A stretch of 64,000 bases of DNA, taken from contig CBDFFH010000038.1 in assembly GCA_965246715.1 (NCBI GenBank), positions 1-64,000 of the forward strand, given 5' to 3'. Position 1 is the first letter of the stretch. Every line of letters starts with the position of its first letter. The notes under the pieces are model-generated. The model searched no databases. It saw only the letters and a list, made by a program, of their open reading frames with translations, and was not told where the DNA came from. Shown here piece after piece: positions 1 through 8,350 of the stretch. The translations under genes were made by a program, and so were the position numbers. This DNA comes from Chamaesiphon sp. Lineage in GTDB: Bacteria; Cyanobacteriota; Cyanobacteriia; Cyanobacteriales; Chamaesiphonaceae.

Positions 1-88
1 ATTGGAGATTTTGCCCCCAACCGTGGAGCATCACTAGGGGATGTCCGTTATTACCGAGTCGGATGGTATTTAATTGCACTTGAGCCAT
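1..88 (-). CDS. Alpha/beta hydrolase, N-terminal part (runs off the window edge)
   Basis: Manual translation from ATG at 88 gives MAQVQLNTIRLGNNGHPLVMLHGWGQNLQ, containing the LHGWG oxyanion motif of BioH/MhpC-like hydrolases. Confidence 0.75.
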   Translation of the reverse strand, partial: MAQVQLNTIRLGNNGHPLVMLHGWGQNLQ

Positions 89-382
89 TTCACGCACTTT
101 GCCTCTTCATCACGTTAAATTATCATCGATCGGTACCGACATAAAGCGTAAATTTGCGATCGGGTGACAGATCTCGATCGAAAAGTGGGTAGGTTAAGAG
201 CGATCGATCTCACACTCGTCAGCTCGATCGGTTCATATAATCGGAGAGAAGTTGTCAATACCTCCCCTATTTCCCCTAACTTAAAACTCATGTTACTCAC
301 TGGAATGTATGCTCTGCCAGCAAGGATCGCTATCGTCAATCACTTGCTGTAACTATTTGTAAATGGAGCTGGAGTTAAACAT

Positions 383-1666
383 ATGTTTGCAGTCGGAAAA
401 AAAATCGGTAGTGGGATCGAACAAATTATTTACGAACATTTTTTATACGTTGTCAGATGCGAGGAGCCAACTCGCGTATTAGAGCGATTCTGGAGTTTAT
501 TTCTTGATGGTGTCGGTTATGGTGATAATCGAATTTGGTCGACGATCGAGTCTTTGGCATTTGATAAAACTGCCGAGCAAAATTTCCCATTGATTATCAA
601 CCGCTGTTGTTATATTCTGGTCAATCACTGGCAAATGCAACCATCGGGACAAGAACCGATCGCTCATTTGATCGAGATGTTGGATAATCTCAAAGATGTG
701 CGGATGACTTACTCGCGAATGGTACGTCGGCTGCGCCAACTGCTGCAACTTTATATCCAAAGTGACGATTATCAGAAGCTCAAACGTTTGAATATCGTGC
801 TTAATGCCACGACAAATGCTAAACCAGCGATCGACGATCGACCTTTGGGTAACTTAATTACACGTTATCCTTATTTATACGAACACTCGTTAGTTTCAGA
901 GGAACGTACCGCAGAAAATATCGAAACGATTAAGCGGGTACAACACAATCTCCGCAAACAGCAAGAGCAAAGTTTATCGCAGTATCTTACTTATCAAGTT
1001 AGAAGAGCGCGAATCAAGGCTCAGCTTGGTAGAGATGCTGCTAACGATCTCGCGCCTGTTGTAAATCCTACATTATTATCTACGCGCGAATTGGGGCTGG
1101 CCTTCGGTCAATTTGCGGGTAAAGCTGAAGGCGATCTAACTTATCAAGATCTGTCGCGCGGGCTAGTTTCACGAATTCAATTACAACCGACGATTTCTAG
1201 CTTTAAGAGCGATCTTTATGAGTACATAATCTCTGGAATAGATACTAGTTACGGTCAGCGGAGTTTTAATACTCGCTTGTACAAAACTATCGATAGTATT
1301 TTACCCGATCGCAATAATCAACGACTCGATGAAATCAGTCTGCTCAGAACTTGCACGCATATTCTCAATCACTTAGTTGTAGAGAGTCCCCAAAAACCTC
1401 AGCATTTTGTCTTTATCGATATGATTAGCAATTTAGGCGCGGTATTTACTACTGGATTGCTGCTTAAAATCGTGTTGATCTGTCAAAAAGCCAAGCCATT
1501 AGTTGAGAGTAGATTGTCGATGCTATTCGACCATTATGAATCTTCACGCTGCAAGGGTGTACCTTGGTTGGTTAAATCTCTAGAAACTTGGAATGTTGCG
1601 GGTGCGATTCACTTTGGCAATGTTGACGTTTCGTCGCTATTTTTTTTACAATCTTTAACTCGTTAA
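383..1666 (+). CDS. Conserved cyanobacterial hypothetical protein (427 aa)
   Basis: Long ORF with upstream GGAG RBS; no recognisable catalytic motif. Confidence 0.85.
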   Translation: MFAVGKKIGSGIEQIIYEHFLYVVRCEEPTRVLERFWSLFLDGVGYGDNRIWSTIESLAFDKTAEQNFPLIINRCCYILVNHWQMQPSGQEPIAHLIEMLDNLKDVRMTYSRMVRRLRQLLQLYIQSDDYQKLKRLNIVLNATTNAKPAIDDRPLGNLITRYPYLYEHSLVSEERTAENIETIKRVQHNLRKQQEQSLSQYLTYQVRRARIKAQLGRDAANDLAPVVNPTLLSTRELGLAFGQFAGKAEGDLTYQDLSRGLVSRIQLQPTISSFKSDLYEYIISGIDTSYGQRSFNTRLYKTIDSILPDRNNQRLDEISLLRTCTHILNHLVVESPQKPQHFVFIDMISNLGAVFTTGLLLKIVLICQKAKPLVESRLSMLFDHYESSRCKGVPWLVKSLETWNVAGAIHFGNVDVSSLFFLQSLTR

Positions 1667-1677
1667 TCGCCAATCCA

Positions 1678-2130
1678 TCAGTCACCAAAACTTTGATGCA
1701 ATTCTTCTGCTACTCTTTTTAAGCGGCGGAGTTGAGCTTCCATATCTGCCTTAGTCCAATTAGCCGCAAAGCGATCGAATCCCCACGCAATCGTCCGATT
1801 GGGAATCGTGAATTCAAAGGTGTTGAGTAAGCGAGTACCCCGTTCGTTAGGCTGACATTCCCAGCGATCTCGACCTTTGAAAAAGCCATCGAATCCCCAG
1901 ACAATCGTGCCGGGTTCTCTAACTAACACAACATTTTTTAGTGTTGGCTGAAATAATGGGATCTGAATGATAAATCTACTAGCACTCCCAACACTAGTCC
2001 GCCATTCGCCGATCGGTTCGCACTTTAACATCGGGTTGAGCCACCGTCGCATTAATTCTAAATCAGTGATACATCGATCCACTGCTGTCGCACTTGCTTT
2101 AATCTGAATTGATTGCTCGAAAACAGGCAT
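1678..2130 (-). CDS. SRPBCC / polyketide cyclase-like protein
   Basis: MPVFEQSIQIKA...WLNP...WGFDGFFKGRDRW...MEAQLRRLK fits the SRPBCC pattern; ATG 2130 preferred over the ORF-track start at 2211. Confidence 0.8.
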   Translation of the reverse strand: MPVFEQSIQIKASATAVDRCITDLELMRRWLNPMLKCEPIGEWRTSVGSASRFIIQIPLFQPTLKNVVLVREPGTIVWGFDGFFKGRDRWECQPNERGTRLLNTFEFTIPNRTIAWGFDRFAANWTKADMEAQLRRLKRVAEELHQSFGD

Positions 2131-2227
2131 CTCTAAAATTATGAATGATGGGTGATGAATTATGAATTTAATAGCGGCTCGAACGTGGGCAACTAGTTCC
2201 CCACTGGTCACAAATAAAACCCCCGAT

Positions 2228-3637
2228 CTATAAATTCCTCAGTTCGCGTTCGATCCGATCGACGATCGAATGTTCGTCGATATTAGCGAGAATGCTGTCG
2301 ATGACTGATTTTGGACTATTATCGCCCCAAGATGCACCGTTAGCTAGATAGGTTTTGGTGACTTGTCCGATGAAATAAGCCGAGACTCCAGCGATACTTG
2401 CTTGTGTCAGCGCGACAGCGGTATAGGGAGCGATGCTGATTCCGGCTGTAGCTGGGGCGAGAATGGCCAGGACGGACTTAATCCCACTCAATCCGAGATT
2501 GGTAGCAAATTCGCTGACACTTAGCCCCCCCAGACCGATGGTCATATTTTTGAGCAGTCCCAGCGCACCCGATCGTGTCATCGGAATGCCGTAAAATTTG
2601 GATAAGCGGATAATCATGGCAATATCGATCGCGGCACCTGCAATAATGTCAGCAGCAGCGATCGGATTCACCGCAACAGCAATCGCCTTGGTCATCACCG
2701 ATTGCCAGATAATATCGTTGGCGGCTTCATCGCGCCGATCCATTTTGCGATCGATGAGGTGCTTTTGGATGCGGTCGGCTGCTAGCATGGCATTGAGTGC
2801 AGCTAAAGCTTTACCTTCATGCTGCAAGATTTCGACGATCCGTTCTTTCAATTGGGCTACTTGTGGCGTTCCGGGATGATAACTTACCCCCATACTGCCA
2901 TCTTCCCGGACGGCAGCACAAATCGATACTGGTGCGGCAGCTACCATCACGATCTCCTGCGGACTGAGGATTTCTTTGACCCGCTCGTCGCGAATTTTGG
3001 CATGGATTGCCAGTTTATCGCACTCGGGATAGCGATCGACCTTATTAAATACTAGTAATAGAGGTTTGCCTGCGGCTCGAAGTTGCGAAAGTGTCTGCAA
3101 CTCTAGTTCGGTAATATCACCAGCAATAATAAATAAGATCAGATCTACTGTGCAGGCAATTTCGGTCGCCAGTAATTGTCTTTCCATCCCAGCAACTTCA
3201 TCGATACCTGGAGTATCGATAAATTCGATCCGTTCTTGCAACATCGCTGGGGTATCTTTGTCGAGATCGAAGGCATCTTGCCAGTTATCGATGTCCCAGA
3301 CCACCTGCTGGCTTTCGCGCGTAACTCCATGCAAAACTCCAGTTTGAAATGCTTCGCGACCGATCAAGGCATTTAAAAGTGAAGATTTACCGCGCCCAAC
3401 CATCCCAAATACAGCTACTTGGAAGACCGCCCGATCGAGTTTTGCCAACATCCGGCTGAGTTCGGCAATTTCTGCTTCCAACCCGTGGCGCTCGCGCTGT
3501 GTCAGATCTAAGTCAACAATAATTTGCCGTAAAGTATCGCGTGCTTGTTGATAATTTCGGTCTGATTGGATCGCGATAAAACTATCGATCGTACTCGTGA
3601 GATTATCTGGATCTTCGGGGATTTGTAATTGATTCAT
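2228..3637 (-). CDS. Era-like GTPase with C-terminal DUF697/YcjF-like hydrophobic domain
   Basis: G1 GMVGRGKS, G3 DTPG, G4 NKVD; hydrophobic C-terminus. Confidence 0.9.
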   Translation of the reverse strand: MNQLQIPEDPDNLTSTIDSFIAIQSDRNYQQARDTLRQIIVDLDLTQRERHGLEAEIAELSRMLAKLDRAVFQVAVFGMVGRGKSSLLNALIGREAFQTGVLHGVTRESQQVVWDIDNWQDAFDLDKDTPAMLQERIEFIDTPGIDEVAGMERQLLATEIACTVDLILFIIAGDITELELQTLSQLRAAGKPLLLVFNKVDRYPECDKLAIHAKIRDERVKEILSPQEIVMVAAAPVSICAAVREDGSMGVSYHPGTPQVAQLKERIVEILQHEGKALAALNAMLAADRIQKHLIDRKMDRRDEAANDIIWQSVMTKAIAVAVNPIAAADIIAGAAIDIAMIIRLSKFYGIPMTRSGALGLLKNMTIGLGGLSVSEFATNLGLSGIKSVLAILAPATAGISIAPYTAVALTQASIAGVSAYFIGQVTKTYLANGASWGDNSPKSVIDSILANIDEHSIVDRIERELRNL

Positions 3638-3840
3638 TCGAGCTATTTAAGCAAATTCCACGATCGACATCATGCGATCCGGTCGAGCATCGATCGAAAA
3701 CATTGTAGCTACCGATCGGATCGGCTCTATTCAAACAGTCGTAACACTAATATAGCAATTATCGCAGCGCTACTCGAGCGGGGAATACCGTCCGTTGTCC
3801 TGCCCACTCGAATCGCTAGACTGCTGGCCGTCGGTGTCAT

Positions 3841-4989
3841 TTAGCTAGGATCGATTAACCGCACTGCTTCCCCAAATGGGAACAGAGCTAGATCTAGTCC
3901 TCCTGGCGGCACCACCCACAGCGTTGGCACTGATGGCGCACATGCAGGGAATTCCCCATAGCCATCAGTTAAATAGATGCAAACTGTCTGGGTATGTCCG
4001 TCCCAGCTCTCGTTCACTCGATCGAAAAATGGCACGAATGAGGTACCACCGCCACCTTCAGGAGTCGGTAAGATCGAATCAGCGGTTAGGATGTGGGATG
4101 CGTGGATCGCGGTATCGACATAATCTAAAATACATTCGAGCTGTGGATAAGCGGCTAAAATCGCCCGCACTTCACTGACAAATAGCTGAAGTTGTTGCAA
4201 GCGCACCGAACCGCTAGTATCGATCGCGATCTGGACGCGCACCGATTCACTGTGCAAGCCTTCGAGATAGAGTCCGCGTCCGACAAACCGCCGATCGAAA
4301 CCCTGGAAATCGGTAGGAGTCTGAGCGAGATATCGCCAGAGGTAAGCTTTCCAGTCTAGTTGGGGATTGAAGATCGAGTCTAATTCGCGAGCGATACTGC
4401 CAGTTAACTTAGCTGTTGCGGAACCACTAGCGATCGCGCTTGCCTGTTGGAGTGCTTGTTGCCAGTGGGTACGGATCTCGCGATCGCTAGAGACGGTTGC
4501 GTGGGTGCTAGGATCGCTATCTGCGTGCGCCGCGAGCAGATCTCGCTCTGTTAACTCAAACCGATTTGCACCAGGCAATTGCAATAATTCATAGACTTCT
4601 TCGACACTCAGATGCTCCAACTGCTCGTCGCGCAATCCGCCCGGTGGTAATTCAAATCCCTGCTGCAAGATCGTGCCATTGACGACGATATCGGCAGCGA
4701 TATTCCATAATTCTGGCTGTCGCTCGCGCAGTCGCAATGGGTGCAATAGTGCGGCATGTAGCAGTTCGTGTAAGAGCGCACCATCTTGCTGCTGACTGGG
4801 TAAAGAGCTGAGAAACTGCGGGTTGAAAAAGATATCGCGCCCATCGGTAGCTGCTGTCGGAATTGTTGGACTGGCAATAAATCGCGCAAACATCGCTAGC
4901 GTCCCAAAAAAAGGTGCCCTCAGCCGCAACCGCAATAGCGATGCACTGATAAGTTTACTAAAATCAATATCTAACAACCGATCGTTCAT
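3841..4989 (-). CDS. DUF2201-type putative metallopeptidase with VWA-like domain
   Basis: TAATDG, HELLH (HExxH), WNIAAD, IDTSGS (MIDAS), GGGTSF, LTDG. Confidence 0.9.
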   Translation of the reverse strand: MNDRLLDIDFSKLISASLLRLRLRAPFFGTLAMFARFIASPTIPTAATDGRDIFFNPQFLSSLPSQQQDGALLHELLHAALLHPLRLRERQPELWNIAADIVVNGTILQQGFELPPGGLRDEQLEHLSVEEVYELLQLPGANRFELTERDLLAAHADSDPSTHATVSSDREIRTHWQQALQQASAIASGSATAKLTGSIARELDSIFNPQLDWKAYLWRYLAQTPTDFQGFDRRFVGRGLYLEGLHSESVRVQIAIDTSGSVRLQQLQLFVSEVRAILAAYPQLECILDYVDTAIHASHILTADSILPTPEGGGGTSFVPFFDRVNESWDGHTQTVCIYLTDGYGEFPACAPSVPTLWVVPPGGLDLALFPFGEAVRLIDPS

Positions 4990-5087
4990 TTCTTCATTAA
5001 TCCCACAGCGCTGGGTTGAATTATGAATTAGTTAAAGTCAATATCAAAATATATTGAAAATCTGGTTACCATCAGCCGATCTAGCTG

Positions 5088-5166
5088 GCGATTCTCGTTC
5101 CGTAATGCCAAAGGCAAGGCTTCGCCAACGCGAAGCGTCTGCCCGCGCAGAAAGGCTCCGCCAACG
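5088..5166 (+). repeat. Nested SDR-like short dispersed repeat
   Basis: GCGATTCTC...AAGGCTTCGCCAACG...AAGGCTCCGCCAACG; same signature at 5687 and 56942. Confidence 0.7.
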
Positions 5167-5190
5167 GGTCGGGCGATCTGGTGGCCAGCT

Positions 5191-5388
5191 CTACTCAGTA
5201 GTAATTTTTTTAAGTCGATCCGCATATTTACGCAGAGATTGCCAATCTAGCTGCCAATGCTCGATCCTGGATTCGGTTTTACTTTCGAGTTCGTTATCGA
5301 CTAAAAAAACTGATTTAGCTGCTAACGTACCACTAACAAACAAGCAGATAACACCACCCAAATACCAACGTGCATACTTATCGTTCAT
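5191..5388 (-). CDS. Small hypothetical membrane-anchored protein
   Basis: 65-aa ATG ORF with an N-terminal hydrophobic segment. Confidence 0.5.
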   Translation of the reverse strand: MNDKYARWYLGGVICLFVSGTLAAKSVFLVDNELESKTESRIEHWQLDWQSLRKYADRLKKITTE

Positions 5389-5686
5389 GGATTGTAATTG
5401 TCAAATTGAGGTAGGGATCGGGCGCTCGGGGCGAGATTATATTTCAGTTACCATCTCATCCGAGCTAATGGTAATTCGATCGAGTCGCCACGATTGCAAA
5501 CATTCCGACTCTTAACAAAACAGCGATCGAGACTGACTTATCTTCGCAGTAGAGATCGACAGTATCGGTCATAGGTCACAACTGGAATTTGTCAAGGCAA
5601 GAACTTCGCTCGTGTCGGTACTCTAAATCATGAAATCGCTCGCGACCGCTCACAAGATCGAGCGCCAGACAACGCGGGATCGTCAG

Positions 5687-5720
5687 GCGATTCTCTGTTA
5701 GAGCGGCTCTGCCAACGATC
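5687..5720 (+). repeat. SDR-like repeat in a HIP1-like context
   Basis: GCGAT-TCTCTGTTAGAGCGGCTCTGCCAAC-GATC. Confidence 0.65.
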
Positions 5721-5889
5721 TGGCCAATTAATAATAACAGCAACTAATATATTACAATCCTCGATGCTTCTCGATCGATTAAATTAGTCGATCTAGGATA
5801 ACCAAATTACGTTTAAATGCGGATACTAGTACCCAAAGTCACAGTGGTAGAATAGGAAGGACTAATACACAGTCCCCCGCTGAAAGCAT

Positions 5890-8145
5890 ATGGATGAAAT
5901 TGCACAATATTGGCTAGTACTCAAACGTCGCTGGGTGCCCGCAGCCCTAGTCTTTGCCCTCACAACTGCATTGGCGGTGGCATATACATTAAAGCAAACA
6001 GAGATCTTCCAAGCAAAAGGACAAGTAATCCTCAAAAAGACTAACAAGACTAGTGCCTTGTTAAGTAGTGCGACCAGCTTATCTAATGGTGGGGGACTCG
6101 GTGAGTTAGAAGGTTTGACTGGCAGTACGCCAATCAATACCCAAGCAGAAATTCTTAAATCGTTGACGACGATTAATAGCGTGCTGACAGAACTGCGCGA
6201 TGGGAAATATGCGAATAGACCCGAACGCAAGCGCCTAGACAAATTTGTCAAAAACTCGGAAACATTCGTTCAGCAACTCAAAGTTAGCAGCATCAAAAAT
6301 ACAGATATCTTGGAAGTGAGCTTCCAAGACCCCAGCCCAGAGCTGTCTAAAGATGTAGTTGAGAAGTTGATGGAAGTATACATCCGCGACGACCAAAGCA
6401 ATCAAAGACGGGAAGCCGCAGCAGCCAGACAATTTGTTAATAAATCGCTACCTGAAGTTAAAAGTAAGGTCAACGATGCTGAAGGCAAATTACGGAAATT
6501 TAAAGAAGCTTATAACGTTGTCGATCTGCCCACCGAGTCTGTCAAAGCAGTAGAAACGATCACCACTCTCAACAAAGAGATCACCTCTGCATCCGCACAA
6601 TTGGCCGCTGAAACCTCGCGATTAGAAGGGTTGAAGTCGCTGTTTGGCGGTAGAGACGCTCAGGCAACGATTCAGTCTGGACTAGTGAGCGAATCGCCAG
6701 GACTACAAAAATCGCTTAAAGAGTTGCAAGACGTTGAATCCAAGCTAGCATCAGAAAAAACTAGATTTAGCGACAACGACCCCAGTATTCTCAACTTAAA
6801 AGAAAAACGGCAAGCCTTAATTGAAGTTCTCCAAAAACGCTTCAAACAAAGTTTAGTTGGTGAAAACAAATTCCAAGGTAAAGTCGTCGAACTTCAGCCT
6901 TCCGGAATTCAAAGCAGTCTGATTGCCGACTTTGCCAAGAGCGAAGCTCAACGGACGAGTTTACAAAAGCAGATTACAGCGCTAACCTATGTGGTCGATG
7001 CTTACAGGCAGCGGATGAATGCACTGCCGAGATTGGAGCAACAGCAAAATGCGCTGGGTCGGGAAGTCGAAACCACTCGGACTCAGTATAAGACGCTCTT
7101 GAGCAAACTTCAGGAAATCGAAATCGCGGAAAATCAAACGCTGGGTAACTCCAGAATTCAAACCCATGCTGAGTATCCGCAAGAGGCGATTGCACCTAAA
7201 AAGGCTCAGAATATTGCGATCGGTGGTTTCTTAGGTCTATTCTTGGGTGCAGCGACTGCCTTTATCCTCGACAGTGCCGACAAACGGATCAAGACATCGG
7301 AAGAAGCCAAACAGCTCCTCCCTGGCTACCCGATCCTCGGTCAAATTCCGGTATTTGAGAAGTCTCGACAATTACCCAAGCTCACGGGTAAAAATAATCA
7401 TCGAGAACCCGGTCAACTAGTATTAACTGGGATGACCAGCGGACTCGAAGGTGAATCCTTCCGGATGTTGCAGACCAATCTTCAGTTCCTCAATGCTGAC
7501 GATAGCCTGAAGGTAGTTGTAGTTTCTAGTTCCCAGTCAGGGGAAGGAAAATCGACGATCGCAGCCAACCTCGCATTGGCAGTAGCCGAGTTAGGTAAGC
7601 GCGTCCTGTTGGTAGATGCAGATATGCGGAAACCCGCTCAGCACTCGATTTGGCGACAAGGTAACTACGAGGGCTTGAGTAATGTCCTCAGCGGTCAAAG
7701 CGACTATAAATCGGCGACGATCGAAATTCAACCCAATCTGTTCTTGCTAACTGCTGGGGTAGTACCGCCCAATCCGGTCGTTTTGATCGACTCCGTACAG
7801 ATGAGTACGTTGATCGCTGAGTGGTCGAACACTTACGATCTCGTAATTATCGATGCACCACCACTGACAGTAGCTGCGGATGCGGCGATCTTGGGTACCC
7901 AAGCCGGCGGTTTAGTATTTGTGTTGCGTCCGGGTGTCGCTGATAAGGAATCGGTCGAATACGCGCAAGAAATTCTCACCCAGTCCAAGCTCAAAGTGTT
8001 GGGAATGGTACTTAACGCAGTCGATCTCGACAAACAAAGCCGCTATAATCACTACTACTACAGTGGCCAAACCTCCCGAAGTGAGGAAGGAAATATGGGT
8101 TCCAAACTCTTGTCTGGCACTACTACTGGTCGCGATCGCTTGTAG
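5890..8145 (+). CDS. wzc: Wzc/GumC polysaccharide co-polymerase with tyrosine kinase domain
   Basis: Two TM segments flanking a coiled coil; Walker A SSQSGEGKS; DADMRKP; Walker B IIDAPP; C-terminal Tyr cluster RYNHYYY. Confidence 0.92.
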   Translation: MDEIAQYWLVLKRRWVPAALVFALTTALAVAYTLKQTEIFQAKGQVILKKTNKTSALLSSATSLSNGGGLGELEGLTGSTPINTQAEILKSLTTINSVLTELRDGKYANRPERKRLDKFVKNSETFVQQLKVSSIKNTDILEVSFQDPSPELSKDVVEKLMEVYIRDDQSNQRREAAAARQFVNKSLPEVKSKVNDAEGKLRKFKEAYNVVDLPTESVKAVETITTLNKEITSASAQLAAETSRLEGLKSLFGGRDAQATIQSGLVSESPGLQKSLKELQDVESKLASEKTRFSDNDPSILNLKEKRQALIEVLQKRFKQSLVGENKFQGKVVELQPSGIQSSLIADFAKSEAQRTSLQKQITALTYVVDAYRQRMNALPRLEQQQNALGREVETTRTQYKTLLSKLQEIEIAENQTLGNSRIQTHAEYPQEAIAPKKAQNIAIGGFLGLFLGAATAFILDSADKRIKTSEEAKQLLPGYPILGQIPVFEKSRQLPKLTGKNNHREPGQLVLTGMTSGLEGESFRMLQTNLQFLNADDSLKVVVVSSSQSGEGKSTIAANLALAVAELGKRVLLVDADMRKPAQHSIWRQGNYEGLSNVLSGQSDYKSATIEIQPNLFLLTAGVVPPNPVVLIDSVQMSTLIAEWSNTYDLVIIDAPPLTVAADAAILGTQAGGLVFVLRPGVADKESVEYAQEILTQSKLKVLGMVLNAVDLDKQSRYNHYYYSGQTSRSEEGNMGSKLLSGTTTGRDRL

Positions 8146-8350
8146 TTTGGCAGCTCGATTCTCCTTCAGAGCCTCTGCGCCGACATTTACGTCGGCGCGA
8201 TCGGACAATTTGAGAGATAAGTTTCTTGAAAGGGGCTTTGGCGCTGGCAAAGGCTCCGCCAGCGCCAACGAGCGATCGGTTTCAAAGTTTATCGATAATA
8301 AATGGGGTGTGGGGTTTCCCACACCCCATCAATCTGTTATCTCACTTCCT

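Noticed and set aside
3781..3789. GGGAATACC SigJ-like box
   Set aside because: Points on the + strand into an antisense gene, with no credible downstream target
5054..5515. 153-aa plus-strand ORF, and 5028-5225 on the minus strand
   Set aside because: Both are largely translations of SDR repeats and antisense to a more plausible small gene
7919..8350. 144-aa N-terminal extension of the UvrD ORF
   Set aside because: It overlaps the wzc 3' end and decayed repeats; helicase motifs begin only after ATG 8351
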